Source: Antedon mediterranea
Lineage: Eukaryota; Animalia; Echinodermata
Assembly (NCBI RefSeq): GCF_964355755.1
Contig: NC_092672.1
Coordinates: forward strand, 35,470,437 to 35,534,436
DNA length: 64,000 nucleotides
Reading direction: 5' to 3'
Notes under the pieces: generated by a model
What the model saw: only the letters and a program-made list of their open reading frames with translations
What the model was told of the DNA's origin: nothing
Database searches by the model: none
Shown here: piece after piece, positions 1 through 11,475 of the stretch
Numbering within the stretch: the stretch's first letter is position 1
Layout of the letters: each line of letters starts with the position of its first letter
Made by a program: the position numbers and the translations under genes

Positions 1-36
1 GTGTGACACACACCACAGCGTTATGTAGTTATATGC

Positions 37-101
37 GGCTTCTTGACGTAGTGGTTATCACGTTTGCTTAACACGCAGAAGGTTCGAGCCCGGGCGAAAC
101 C
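37..101 (+). pseudogene. Degenerate tRNA-Val(AAC) copy with internal deletion
   Basis: GTAGTGGTTATCACGTTTGCTTAACACGCAGAAGGTTCGAGCCCGGGCGAAACC followed by a T-run. It lacks the GGTCCCC segment of the copy at 316-388 and has a degenerate 5' acceptor stem. About 80 bp of 3' flank is shared with that copy. Confidence 0.8.
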
Positions 102-315
102 TTTTTTTAAAACGTTATGGTGAAAAGTACTGTATACGCAATATGATAATTATACACAGTATATCTTATTTTTATTATTTTTTTAAATACTTATTTTGTG
201 TAATCGGTAATTATCACTTTTACACATGTTTATTTTGCTTTGTGCTTATTACCATATTTATTTGTAATTTAAATGGATTAAAAAACTTTCTGTAACCCAC
301 ATTTTTAGTGCAAGA

Positions 316-388
316 GGTTTCGTAGTGTAGTGGTTATCAAGTCTGCATAACACGCAGAAGGTCCCCGGTTCGAGCCCTGGCGAAACCT
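316..388 (+). tRNA. tRNA-Val, anticodon AAC (variant or possible pseudogene)
   Basis: Acceptor stem GGTTTCG/CGAAACC, anticodon stem TCTGC/GCAGA with loop ATAACAC, T-loop GGTTCGA, downstream T-run. Single mismatches in the D stem (ATCAA) and T stem (CCCGG/CCTGG). Confidence 0.8.
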
Positions 389-452
389 ATTTTTCTTTAA
401 CTTTATGGTGAAATATACTGTATACGTAATATGATATAGAGTATATCTCGTT

Positions 453-806
453 TTATTACTCGGGGTACCTGAGTCTAGGACTCTCTCATCTTTTCCTCTT
501 CTTCTTCCATCCGGACACTATTGAGCAAAAAGTGCGATTTATAAAGTACTACTCCTCCCGCCCTTATTCGTTGTAGTATTGAGCTCGGATTTAGCATGAA
601 TATACTACAGGGACATGTCCTCAAAGCTATAGAGCCGGAATGTTTAATTTCATACCGGATGCAGCCATATCACGTCTCGAAGATGGTACCGTATAGCCGT
701 ATTTGGTAGCGCGGTTATTGATGTGTATGTGACGTTACATCCGGTCTTATGACGTCATTACAGCTTCTTTCGCTGTACCCCGAGTATTGCACATTCGTGC
801 TTCTTT
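453..806 (+). mobile_element. Non-autonomous Helentron-type (DINE-1/HINE-like) element
   Basis: Perfect 12-bp subterminal inverted repeat TACTCGGGGTAC (457-468) / GTACCCCGAGTA (775-786), CTT-rich tract near the 5' end, 3' hairpin GCAC-ATTC-GTGC followed by T-run. Confidence 0.6.
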
Positions 807-1180
807 TACAAGTCGGTCATTGAAAGTGACTCACCCTTAGTTTTGTTTTGTGGTTCATCGGGGCCACAAGATAATTCAGATCTACAACGTGTTGTTAAGT
901 ATGCATCACGTATCATTGGAACTAAGCAGAGCTCTATTGAATCCGTTTTTGAAAATCGATCAATTAAAAAAACACATTCTATATTGCAAGATTGTATACT
1001 CATCCCATGCATAATGTAGTATTACGTAGCGGTAGAAGTTACGGTCCATCATCTCTCGTACAAATAGGTTTCGTAACAGTTTTTATCCAGCTGCCATTCA
1101 GGCACTGAAGCGGCTTGTCAGTATACCATACGAGAGTGATGTGACACTGTAATTGTTTTTGTTAGTTTTTCATTTATCTG
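805..1180 (+). mobile_element. 3' fragment of Rex1/Babar-like LINE
   Basis: Degenerate YKSVIES and LRSGRSYxxxxSRTNRFRNSFYPAAI motifs; paralogous to 27459-27558 plus 28677-28839. Confidence 0.65.
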
Positions 1181-1384
1181 TTTTTGTATATCTTAGAGCA
1201 AACATAATTTCTATGTATATTTTATAAGTTATTGCTGTGTTGTAACAGTAATTAAACCTTGTTTATTTTGTCTGCCCTTAAATTTGTTTTATATTGGTAT
1301 ACAGGAGTTGACACTAATATTTCATATTTAGTAACTACAGTAGTAGTAAAATACAGAATAGTGGGATCTCACTATAATTACTCG

Positions 1385-1580
1385 CTATACACACAGCTGC
1401 TGTGCTTATAGCCACAAACTTTAGAGAACTAGCATAAGGCTATACACACGTCAGCTGCTTTGCGTATAGCCACATACTTTACAGAACTAGCACAGGACTG
1501 CCTATACACGCAAATTCTGTGCGTATAGTAACAAAACTAGCATAAGACTATACACACCTGCTGTGTGTATGGCCATATTC
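1385..1580 (+). repeat. Degenerate ~50-60 bp tandem repeat, 3-4 copies
   Basis: Repeated CTATACAC..GCTGTGCGTATAG..ACT..AGAACTAGCA; related sequence at ~29840-29945. Confidence 0.55.
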
Positions 1581-1711
1581 TTTTACTGTGCTGAAATTTC
1601 AATAACTGGATGTACAAAGAATTTAAAAAGAATGGCATTTTGTCACCGTTAATTTTGACGGTATTACGTTAGTAGTGTGTTCTTGATTTTAAGTGCAGTG
1701 CCAATAAGCTT

Positions 1712-2674
1712 TTAAACTCTCAAATTTATAATGGGGGTCATTTAATTTAATGTATTCAAATTTGGCTATATGCACTACCTACTACCAATAATGATTTACT
1801 TGATAATTCAAGTTACAATTCAAATTTAGTTGTTACTGTGTTGTAACAGTAATTATTCATATTTTGGGTTTGTTACATATTTTGCGCAATAATAAATAAA
1901 AAGTTATTGATTTAGGCCTATGAAATACAGTTTGTAGTTGAAATCATAAATTGGTTTGTATGCGTGATGAATCCTGAAAGTTAGAAATATTATTGTCTTT
2001 ATTATTCACAATGTTTAAGATTTACCACTGTATCTATCAATCAATTGTTTGTAGAATAGGCCTACTGTACTACAAATGTTCAATAAAACCCGGAATATAT
2101 GAAAATCATTCTGTACTCGGCGACAATAGTTTTTGTAATTACAAAAACTATTGCCGCCGAGTACAGGACGATTTTCATATATTCCGGGTTTTATTGAACA
2201 TTTGTAGTACAGTATTCTACAAACAATTGATAGATACAGTGGTAAATCTTAAACATTATGAAAAATACAGACAATAATATTTCTAACTTTCAGGATTCGT
2301 CACGCATACAAACCAATTTCTGATTTCAAACTACAAACCGTATTTCATAGGCCTAAATCAATAACTTCTACAAACCGTATTTCATAGGCCTACATCAATA
2401 ACTTCTACAAACCGTATTTCATAGGCCTAAATCAATAACTTCTACAAACCGTATTTCATAGGCCTAAATCAATAACTTCAAAACATTTTATTTATTATTG
2501 CGCACAATATGCAACAAACCCAAAATATGAATAATCACTGTTACAACACAGTAACAACTAAATGTGAATTGTAACTTGAATTATCAAGTAAATCATTATT
2601 GGTAGTAGGTAGTGCATATAGCCAAATTTGAATACATTAAATTAAACGACCTCCATTGTAAATTTGGAGTTTAA
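1712..2674. repeat. Spacerless ~960-bp palindrome (foldback) bounded by TTAA
   Basis: Symmetry centre TTTTTGTAA|TTACAAAAA at 2138/2139; arms match as reverse complements out to TTAA at 1712 and 2671. The right arm has an extra 37-bp tandem (CTACAAACCGTATTTCATAGGCCTAAATCAATAACTT x4, ~2331-2478). Confidence 0.9.
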
Positions 2675-2967
2675 GTGCTGGTCTAAAAGTAGATGACCAT
2701 ATAAGGAAATATTTTCCCTAATTCTCAAAACGAAACAAGGAAGCAAGTATTGTATTCAAAACAATTGATTTTTTCAGAAATCAACTAAAACAACACGGCT
2801 ACTACGAAAAAAAAGATATAATTTCATCAGCAGAGGTATCATATTATACCAAACAGGAAATGCCAAGAAGCTCATGAATATTAATTTCCTAACCACCACT
2901 GAAAAAAGGGTTTTAACTAGGAAAAAAACGAATTATTTATTTATTTTATTTTAAAACAATTATATTC

Positions 2968-3624
2968 ATTTCCCACCGTTTTTTAGTGCAAATGAGGTCG
3001 ACTATTAAATACTATTCAAATTACATAAAACAAACTTCTGCTTTGCTGCTTCTTACCAACTTCTAATAGTGTCACTGTTGGTGATCATTTCGTGTTAATC
3101 ACGTATTGGTAAGTTAATAGTACTAGTAAGTTATTCGACTTCCATCTATACCTTTGCTTAGATATTCATAGAATAAATTCATGTTAGTGTGCCTTACATA
3201 CAATACAGTAACTTATTGTATTGAATATAATATTTTGCTATTAAACAATTTAATTTTGTAGGCCCTTCCATTTTCCGAAACAGAATTCACAGGAGCTCAA
3301 GTGAAAAATAAATGTTCTTTCAGTTATTTTGTGTACCAATAAATATAAAAAGACATTTCAACTTCAATATAAGTTGACATGTTCTCTTGATTGACATCTT
3401 TAATTATGGCCGAAATATACTAATCGTATAGGCTACTAGTAGGTGATTACCTTGAATCTATGCGGGGGTGTAAAGTACGGTAATGTAAGGTATGGTTTAT
3501 TTGGGAAAAATCCTGTTAAAATTAAAGAGGAACACATATACCACAATATGGACTAATAAATACAATATTACCATAAAAAAAACTTTATCTAAAAAATATA
3601 GGTATATTAATTAATTATTTTCAG
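2968..3624 (+). promoter_or_regulatory. Conserved upstream module (putative 5'UTR exon/intron) ending in a splice acceptor before the ATG
   Basis: TTATTTTCAG acceptor ~25 nt before the ATG is conserved in all four gene copies; candidate GTAAGT donors at ~3108 and ~3126; module recurs at ~23750-24560, ~32750-33460, ~34150-34790, ~43540-43770, ~46590-47205. Confidence 0.5.
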
Positions 3625-3649
3625 AGTCCTTATATTTACTCCTCAAACC

Positions 3650-6516
3650 ATGACACGTTTTCGGAGCATCTTACTTCTTCTGGCAGCCATTTGTATTGTG
3701 ACGTCACCTAGAAACATCTCTACAAGGATCCAATCCGATAACACAACCTGTCTCCTGGAGATGGATGACACAGATGTCTTGCAAGAACTCTTGAAAGGTG
3801 ATGCTGTCTTTATCAACGTAAAGTTGTTATCTTTTGTTGATGCTTCTGATTCTGTTGGAACAAGTTTTTATGAAAATACAACAGTCATTGACGTCAACCA
3901 CTGGGTTGTGGCTGTCGGGGAAATCGGTGAACTCCTTTTGACTTTTCCATTTGATTTTGAATTTCTATCACTGGGAACTCTGTCTCCTAGTGTGGAACAC
4001 ATCTCCTTAAACGTCACCTCCATACCAGAGTGTTTCTTTGAAGTTGACAACGAAGACAAATTGAACGTAATCGCAAATTCCCTCTTCAGCTCGAAAGTGA
4101 CAAAGATGCGAAACAAGAGGTCTGTATTGAACGACAGCTTGACAATTTTAACGTATGGGATTTGTCTTTAGCGTCTGCGGCTTATTACTCTATTCTTCAA
4201 ATCAGTACGTACTTTCAATGCTGGCAAATTTCAGACGATGGGTCAGTTAAACTTAGTAAATTTATGAAACATTCCTTGTATAAGATATTTAACTGGCTTA
4301 GTTCCATATTCGCACTCTATTTTATTTGGTTCCTTGTCTCGTTTTTGTGTCACGTAAAACCCATGAATGAGAATAGAAAAGAATATTTGAGCTTACAGAC
4401 TGATCTACCAATGGGGCCTAAGTATTTTCTAATACATAGTGGAAATCAGTATAACTGTATTTTTATTCTACGTTGGCTGATACTATGGGCACTTGTCGGT
4501 TTGCTACAATATATACCTGACATCATTGCTAATTTGTTGGACAGTAATTCTTTTAACCGTCGTCGTGCAGCGCTTAAAGTCATTCCAGAGTGTATGCCTC
4601 AGTATCTGTGTTGCCAGAAAGGTATTTTCATTAATGTACCACAAATAATTCTTTGCTTCCTTCTGTTGATAAGCTGTTTAGCGCGTCAAGTCTGGGTTGA
4701 AACTCATTTAATAAACTTATCTAATTTGCACAAAATTAGAAGAAGTATGGATGTTCGTTTAATTCTAAAGATAATGAAACTTCCAAAAAATAATTACAGT
4801 GGTTTACACAAACTTTCGTTTGAAATGAAGGAACATATGAAGTTGATTGTTTCAATTTCCCACTGGAAGAATGGGTTAAACTGGTTTCGGGACTGTTTTA
4901 CAAAAATAAACAATAAAGTAATACATATTACTATGCTTTGTATTCTTGGAGGACCGTTCTTAATAGGCTACGGTATTTTCACTATTTTTATGTCTCTACC
5001 AATTGTTCATATTTTCTTGCGTTTCATGCTATTACATCCAGTAGGCATGGTAAATAGTTGTAAAGTTGTGACAATCTACATAGTGATATTGATGTACGGT
5101 ATTTCTATGTTGTCTGTTCTGTTTGCAAATGTGAAATTAATCACTCCGCACATATTTATTATTATTTGGTACTTCTACATCGGTTTGCTGGTGAACCCTG
5201 GTACCGCTGGAGCCGTTGCAGCGATAATTTTAATTGTGCTTGGTTACGTCATTTCAATTATAACAGATTATTACAAAGAATATGTGGTTCTCCTGCAGCA
5301 AGTGATTTCGGCATTTGATGAGTTAATAAAAAATAACATGGTGCAAGTTTCTAGTGAGAAACTGCCATCTTTTCCACAATTTAAAAACGATGGCGAAGAT
5401 GGCGAGGAGCATGAGACGATAGTAAGTATTATATTGAACCTTCTGATGAAACGGAATCATTATTTCCTGAAAATTTGGTGGCTTCCACAAAATAACTACA
5501 TTTTTTCAGATCAAACTTCTGCCCCTGTACAATCAGATAGCACTGCAGCAGAATCTGCTTTTAACCCACAACCTATAGATACTCTTTCAGCAGGCCATAC
5601 CTCTGTATCTGTACAATCAGACAGCACTGCAGCAGAATCTGCTTTTAATGCGCAACCTACTGATACTCTTTCAGCAGGTCATACGTCTGTATCTGTACGA
5701 TCAGATATCACTGCAGCACAATCTGCTTTTAATCCGCAACCTACAGATACTCTTTCAGCAGGTCATACGTCTATATCTGTACAATCAGATAGCACTGCAG
5801 CAGAATCTGCTTTTAACCCACAAGCTACAGATACTCTTTCAGCAGGTCATACGTCTGTATCTGTACAATCAGATAGCACTGCAGCACAATCTGCTTTTAA
5901 CCCGCAACCTACTGATACTCTTTCAGCAGGTCATACGTCTGTATCTGTACAATCAGATAGCACTGCAGCAGAATCTGCTTTTAACCCACAACCTATAGAT
6001 ACTCTTTCAGCTAGTCATACGTCTGTATCTGTACAATCAGATAGCACTGCAGCAGAATATGCTGAACCATCAAGTGATAGCACATCTAAATTACTCGTAA
6101 TACGGCAAGATACTGAAGGCTTAACTGCAATTGAAAAGACTTTCTTTGACACCATTGTAACAAAGTATAGACCACCAGAGACCGAACGTCTAACTATAAT
6201 CATGAAACTTCTAATTCTGAGCCTAGTAATGTGGGTAGGTTTCTCTACGCTAAAGACCATCGCTGATTACGACGAGTTAAAACAAGTGAAGCTATATGCA
6301 GCCGTTGCAATTGCTGGTATTGTACCCTTTTTTGCGGTATTACTACGGAATAAGTCGGAAGAAGAGAGTAACAAAATTATCCTTGAAAAACGAATCCGGA
6401 AAGACATTAAAGAATATTTCAAAACACGACTGTCTGAAAATTGGTATGAAATTATGAACAGTGATGGCGCCAACGACGGGAGTGGGGAGCCAAGGGCCCC
6501 CGCACGCGTTCTATGA
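3650..6516 (+). pseudogene. Uncharacterised multipass membrane protein, copy 1 (frameshifted; ORFs 3650-4171 + 4162-6516)
   Basis: Paralogous to copies 2-4. A 1-bp deletion at ~4083 (AATTCCCTCTTCAG vs AATTCCCTTCTTCAG in paralogues) splits the ORF. Could be a real lesion or an assembly error. Confidence 0.8.
5527..6060 (+). repeat. 84-bp (28-aa) coding tandem repeat, ~6.4 copies
   Basis: Unit VQSDSTAAESAFNPQP(T/I)DTLSAGHTSVS, in frame within copy 1. Confidence 0.95.
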
Positions 6517-6737
6517 GCAATTATACGCAATGAGCTGTGCCCAATGTTTAACAATTCGTACAAAGGGACACCGCCAAACAAGTGTGTACTTAATGTTTAG
6601 ATCGCTGGCAATAATGCAGTGCATTTAAAGGGTAATAGCCCCCCGACGTACTCATGGCGCGCTGAAGCTACGAAGTGAACGCGAAAGATTGTTACTGTAT
6701 TATACTATTTCCTCCACCACCGCTGGCGCCACCACTG
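6459..6737. mobile_element. hAT-type MITE with 8-bp TSD inserted in the last codons of copy 1
   Basis: TIRs CAGTGATGGCGCCA / TGGCGCCACCACTG; TSD ATTATGAA at 6451-6458 and 6738-6745. Confidence 0.9.
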
Positions 6738-7191
6738 ATTATGAAATGAAAGATGATGCAAAATAAATCGTATGTAGTACATTTAAGAAAATAATTCAAT
6801 CTTTTGTGAGGGAAGGTTGGATGTCAAACGACCTCCGAACACCAAGATAAAACATGAAATATCTTAAAAGAATGGAAAAAGCTTCAATTGAATAATCTTG
6901 TTTGTTAATGATAGATCAACTTTGTATATAGATAATGGGAGAAGAAAAGGTAAATTAGGAAACGAAATGTGTTTTTATTTGCTTATTTTTGTAACAAATA
7001 TTTTTGGAAGTAGATATTAAATATAAATATATTGTTTGTATGGTTACACGCTATACAAATGTAACTTTACGTTGTACCAGTTTCAATATTGTTCCTTATT
7101 GTTACTCGACTTATTTCCTGGTGTGGCCATTTTAAGTACCTAAACTTGTCATACTTGTTTAATGCATCGACAGAAGTACCTAGCCCTGTAA

Positions 7192-7434
7192 AAACAAGGC
7201 CATATACATGGTTGCAGTCGCCTGCTAAAGTTAGTGTTTACCGACCAACCAACCGACCAACATATGCGGTGGCGTGCTCAAATTAGTGTTTACCGACCAA
7301 CCGACCGACCGACATAGTAAGCTGTAGAGCCGCGTTGCAACGCGACTAAAAAGACCATATATATGGCTGCAGTCGTGTGCGTAAATTTTATTTGGTGTTT
7401 ACCGACCGACATAGTGAGCTGTTGCGACTAAAAA
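7192..7434 (-). mobile_element. Tandem short DINE/HINE-like elements
   Basis: Same termini (AACAAGGCCATATA..GCAGTCG; GCGACTAAAAA) and CCGA microsatellite as the long copies at 28835-29680 and 43807-44550. Confidence 0.7.
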
Positions 7435-7757
7435 TGAAGTTCGTTTATGCGAGCCTAAGTGTGTGTTGTTTATGATGTCTTATAGGACCAAATTACATCA
7501 GATAAATAAGGATCGAAATGACAACTCGTACAATTTACGCAGATAATAGAGAGCTTTCGCTATCTCGATCGGGAACGAGAACCAGCATTAACCGGTTCTC
7601 GATCTCGTACTCGTTTAAAGAACAAATGTAGTTTCGTATCCTCGATCACCGATAATATGAAAACTATAGGTGGCAGCAGAGTTCTGATACGCTTCAAAGC
7701 ATACGATATAAACAAAAACAAACTACTGTAGGCCTACTGTACAGTAGTAGTACTGTG

Positions 7758-8485
7758 GGCGCTAGTTCCGTTTCGCACCTGTCGTTTATTTCGACTCAAA
7801 ATTGGTTAAGTAACTTTATCGTGATATGTTCAATGTTGTTGTTTCTATGGAGCGCCAAAAGAGCAATCATACTAGAGGGCTAAATACTCAGTAAATTACG
7901 TATATTTAATGCATTTATTGATGAAAATTACGTTCAATTTTATCATATTTTGTCAATGTCAATGCAACAAAATATTACTGTTGATACTGTACATGGTTTT
8001 TGCAGGAACTTTTAGGAATGAAAATCGAAAAATTCATCATCATATTACATGTACTGTAGGGAGGGGTATATCTGATCTAAATAATAATATTCCTCTTAGT
8101 CTTAGGCGTAGGCGTAGGGTTGGTTGCTATTTAAAAACAGCAAATTATTAGCAGTAAAATGTTACAGCATTTTTATTGACAAAATATATTAAAATTAAAC
8201 GTGTATTTCAATAATAAAAGCATTAAAAGAAGACCATCTGTTGTTGTTGCTCTTTTGGCGCTCCATAGAAACGAAAATATTGAACTTCGAGTATGCTAAA
8301 TTCGCGAGAAACATGTCTGTAAAATCATAAATTTAAGGATTTATTTGTTACTTTTTATGTGATTATTCTTCATAAAAGTACTTATGAGGCCCAATTTTAA
8401 GGTGTGGTATTCACAATAAGTTGCTTAACAATTTGGAGTCAAAAGGAAGTCGAAATAAAAACAGGTGCGAAACGGAACTAGCGCC
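7758..8485. mobile_element. MITE with GG termini and 8-bp TSD (Merlin-like)
   Basis: TIR GGCGCTAGTTCCGTTTCGCACCTGT / ACAGGTGCGAAACGGAACTAGCGCC; TSD GTACTGTG at 7750-7757 and 8486-8493; additional internal inverted segment. Superfamily is inferred only from termini and TSD length. Confidence 0.8.
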
Positions 8486-8574
8486 GTACTGTGTACACTC
8501 GATCGTAACTAATCGGCACCAGGTCCTTGGGTACTATTAAAGTAACGTGAAAATGGCCGAAAATTTGGTAGATT

Positions 8575-8919
8575 TTGCAACATTACTGCTTGTATGGAGA
8601 TCCAGCGTATCCTATACGCCCATGGCTGATTTCACCGTTCAGACAAGGAGCTGCTAACTTAGATCAGCGTCAGCAGGAGTTCAATGCTGCCATGTCTTCT
8701 GTACGTGTTTGTGTGGAGTGGGTATTTGGAAAGATGCTACAGAACTGGGCTTTTGTGGACTTCAAGAAAGACCTTAAGGTGTTTTTACAACCAGTGGCAA
8801 AATACTATATTGTGGCTTGTTTGCTGACCAATTGTCATACTTGTTTGTATGGGTCAGTAACTGGATCATTTTTTGAAGTCGAACCCCCAACACTCGAGGA
8901 GTATTTGGGCAATGCTTAA
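8575..8919 (+). mobile_element. PIF/Harbinger-type DDE transposase, C-terminal fragment
   Basis: LYGDPAYP...FNAAMSSVRVCVEWVFG...LTNCHTCLYG...PPTLEEYL resembles the DDE_Tnp_4/HARBI1-like C-terminus. Confidence 0.85.
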
Positions 8920-9623
8920 TTGAAAACTATAATAGATCCTCAACATAATTATCAATTGCAAAAATATATGTATTTATTGCACTACTACTACCATAGGTCA
9001 AAATTACTTTTCAATTACTATATTTATAAACAGTCTACTATGCTAAATTTCATATTTAATTAGATTGTATATAACATTACTATCCACTTAGTAACGAAAT
9101 ATTGTTTTAATATTAAATGTTTTATAGGCCTATCAATAATATACCACTAAACACAGTAAAGAAGTACGATTTATAATACTTTTTTAAAACTGTCCCTGTA
9201 TTCACAGTAAGACAATTTTGATTCAAATGGCAAACAAAATGGTTAATATGTACAGTATTTACAATATTGTCAAAGTATTGCAATATTATTTATATGTAAG
9301 TTTTATTCTCCAAGGCCCATAAATTTACCTACTTGTGTTAAACCATGGGCTCATAAATTTATCTACAAACTGGGAGTCTGATAGATTGGAATGTTCCATT
9401 CATCGCAAATCAATACATTTGTATAAACGTATATTAAATCTATCAAAATAGTATTTTTTTAAAAGAAAATCGGCCTGTCTTCAACATTATGATACTGTAC
9501 TCGAGCTGTTCAACCGGTTTTCAGCTATTAAAAACAATTATCGTAGGAGGAGATAGGAATTGTGTGCAGGTATTTTTTCATGAGAACATCCATTAGACAG
9601 TGTATACCAAGATCGGAAAACAC

Positions 9624-9833
9624 CCTATTTGGGGCAAATCGTCAAACCTAAATTCGTTTTAATTGTCAATAACTAATTATCTAACTAAATTTAATTAGTA
9701 AACAGGGTTACATCAGGTGGTTAAAATCACTACCGAGATTCTAACCAACTTTATATACCATCGAGTAAACATTCTAGAAATAACACGCGATTTACCGAAT
9801 TTTGCACTTACGTAAATTTATATAATATAGATA
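9624..9833 (+). repeat. Dispersed ~210-bp repeat with inverted partner at 12602-12812
   Basis: CCTATTTGGGGCAAATCG...CGTAAATTTATATA is the reverse complement of 12602-12812. Confidence 0.75.
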
Positions 9834-9848
9834 GTGAGAATAAATAAA

Positions 9849-10940
9849 TTATTTATTGGCAAATGCCTTCAAACACTCTATTAGTGCGTCCCTCTCTTCT
9901 TTTTCTCTCTCTCTTCTGAAAACCGCCTCCTCCCTCTGCAACTGCAGCTCTTGCCTTCTAACCTCCAACTCCCTTTCCTTAAGATCCAGTTCTCTATTCT
10001 TCATAGTTGTGTAATTATGAAGTGAATTTGTCTTCATCTTTTTTTTTTCACTGGTTTTATCTGCCATAAAATATAAAAACAAAGTACAGTATAACACCAT
10101 TAAAATTTTTTTGAAAGTATTAACCCTTTCTGAAGATGTTTTGGAAAAAAGTCTGGGTTTTCAGTTTTATGACATAATTTGTCATGATATATTTTAGAAT
10201 ATAAAATATGGAACCAATCAAATAGATTTTTTTTTTCACTGAATGAGATTTTACATATGATTTTGGTAATCATTGCTGTGTCACCACCCAGGGTAAAATG
10301 TTCATGCTTGTTTTCAAAGAGTTAAAGTTTATAATTACTTTAACTTACTTTATATATATAGAGTAACTAACCTCTATTTACTGGACCCAATGTTTCCAAT
10401 GCTCTTTTTCTAATTTCTAAACCTGATTCAAACAACACCTCTGATAGAGTATTTTGCTTGATTTGTGGCTCTCATCCTTCAGGGTAGTTAGTTCTGTCAC
10501 ATCACGATCTGCAAAATTACATTGAATTTCTGGTAATTTAAAAGCAGGTTAATGAAAACTTTATACATACATATTATTTATTTAGCACAGTGGGTGAAAA
10601 GTATTATTACCTTTTTTTATGCAGATGTCCTTATTTTGTAGACATTAGAAAAGCTTACATACCTCATTTTTACTTTATGTTTCCAAATAGTTATGTTAAC
10701 TATGAAGAATTCATAAATACACTTACTTTCTTAGTGATTCTAACTGCTGCGACTTAAATATCCTCTCTTTAACTGATCTCGTGTTTACCTGCAAGGTGGA
10801 TGAACGAAACACCTTGAGGGCAACATTGAAATTTGAAGCTACATCGTTCCATTTTTCTCCATTTTCATAAGGGTTTAGTGACAGGACCTCCTTCAGCAGC
10901 ATTATGTCCGTTGCTGCGCAATACCTTATGGTTTTTTTTG
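9849..10940 (-). mobile_element. Harbinger accessory (Myb/SANT-like plus coiled-coil) gene remnant, spliced, convergent with the transposase
   Basis: Exon ~10727-10940 (DIMLLKEVLSLNPY..KWNDVA..RSVKER) flanked by AG/GT; terminal exon ~9849-10060 with E/R/K coiled coil. Confidence 0.6.
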
Positions 10941-11333
10941 CTATAAAGAAATAAAAGTTATATGATTTCAACTATTTTCATTTTCATAATACTAATAATA
11001 TAGACCATTCAGTGTTTTTAACACTCATTATTAATATTATACAGAAAAGCTTCATAACGAAAATAATGGATAATCGATCGAATAATTGATCATTTTAAAT
11101 GACGACTTACCTATTTTCTTTCTGACCCAGTCCAAGCTCTTTATTTAACAGCTGCTGTTAAATAAAATTGTAAATATTTTGGTGGAGAATATAATATTTT
11201 TACAGCTAAGTAGGCCTAGTTTAAGTTAGGCCCTAGCTGTTTAATAAATTATACAAGCTATGTGACTAGCCTAGGCCTAGTAGTATTAGTAAGTAGGATC
11301 GGAGGCCCTAAAAACTAGTTTAGGCCGCCCCCT

Positions 11334-11475
11334 CCGGTGTCAGATGAAATCGGTCGCGCTTGAAATCGGTCGCGTTTGAAATCGGTCGCGATAAAATCGA
11401 CTTCCGGTATTTTGTATGGCGCGCCGCTAGAGCTATACTTTTGATTATATCGGTCGCGTTTGAAATCGGTCACGC
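11334..11475 (+). repeat. 16-bp subterminal-type tandem repeats (GAAATCGGTCGCGTTT), probable DNA-transposon end
   Basis: About five copies following CCGGTGTCAGAT. Confidence 0.55.

Noticed and set aside
1993-2277. 94-aa ORF across the palindrome centre
   Set aside because: Non-ATG start, no recognisable motif, lies within a foldback repeat.
3868-4116. Antisense ORFs recurring in each gene copy (also 23053, 32302, 42324)
   Set aside because: Shadow ORFs conserved only because the sense CDS is near-identical.
5422-5509. GTAAGT...TTTTTTCAG candidate intron in copy 1
   Set aside because: It is 88 bp; splicing shifts frame and hits a stop by ~5577, and the sequence aligns to coding sequence of copy 2.
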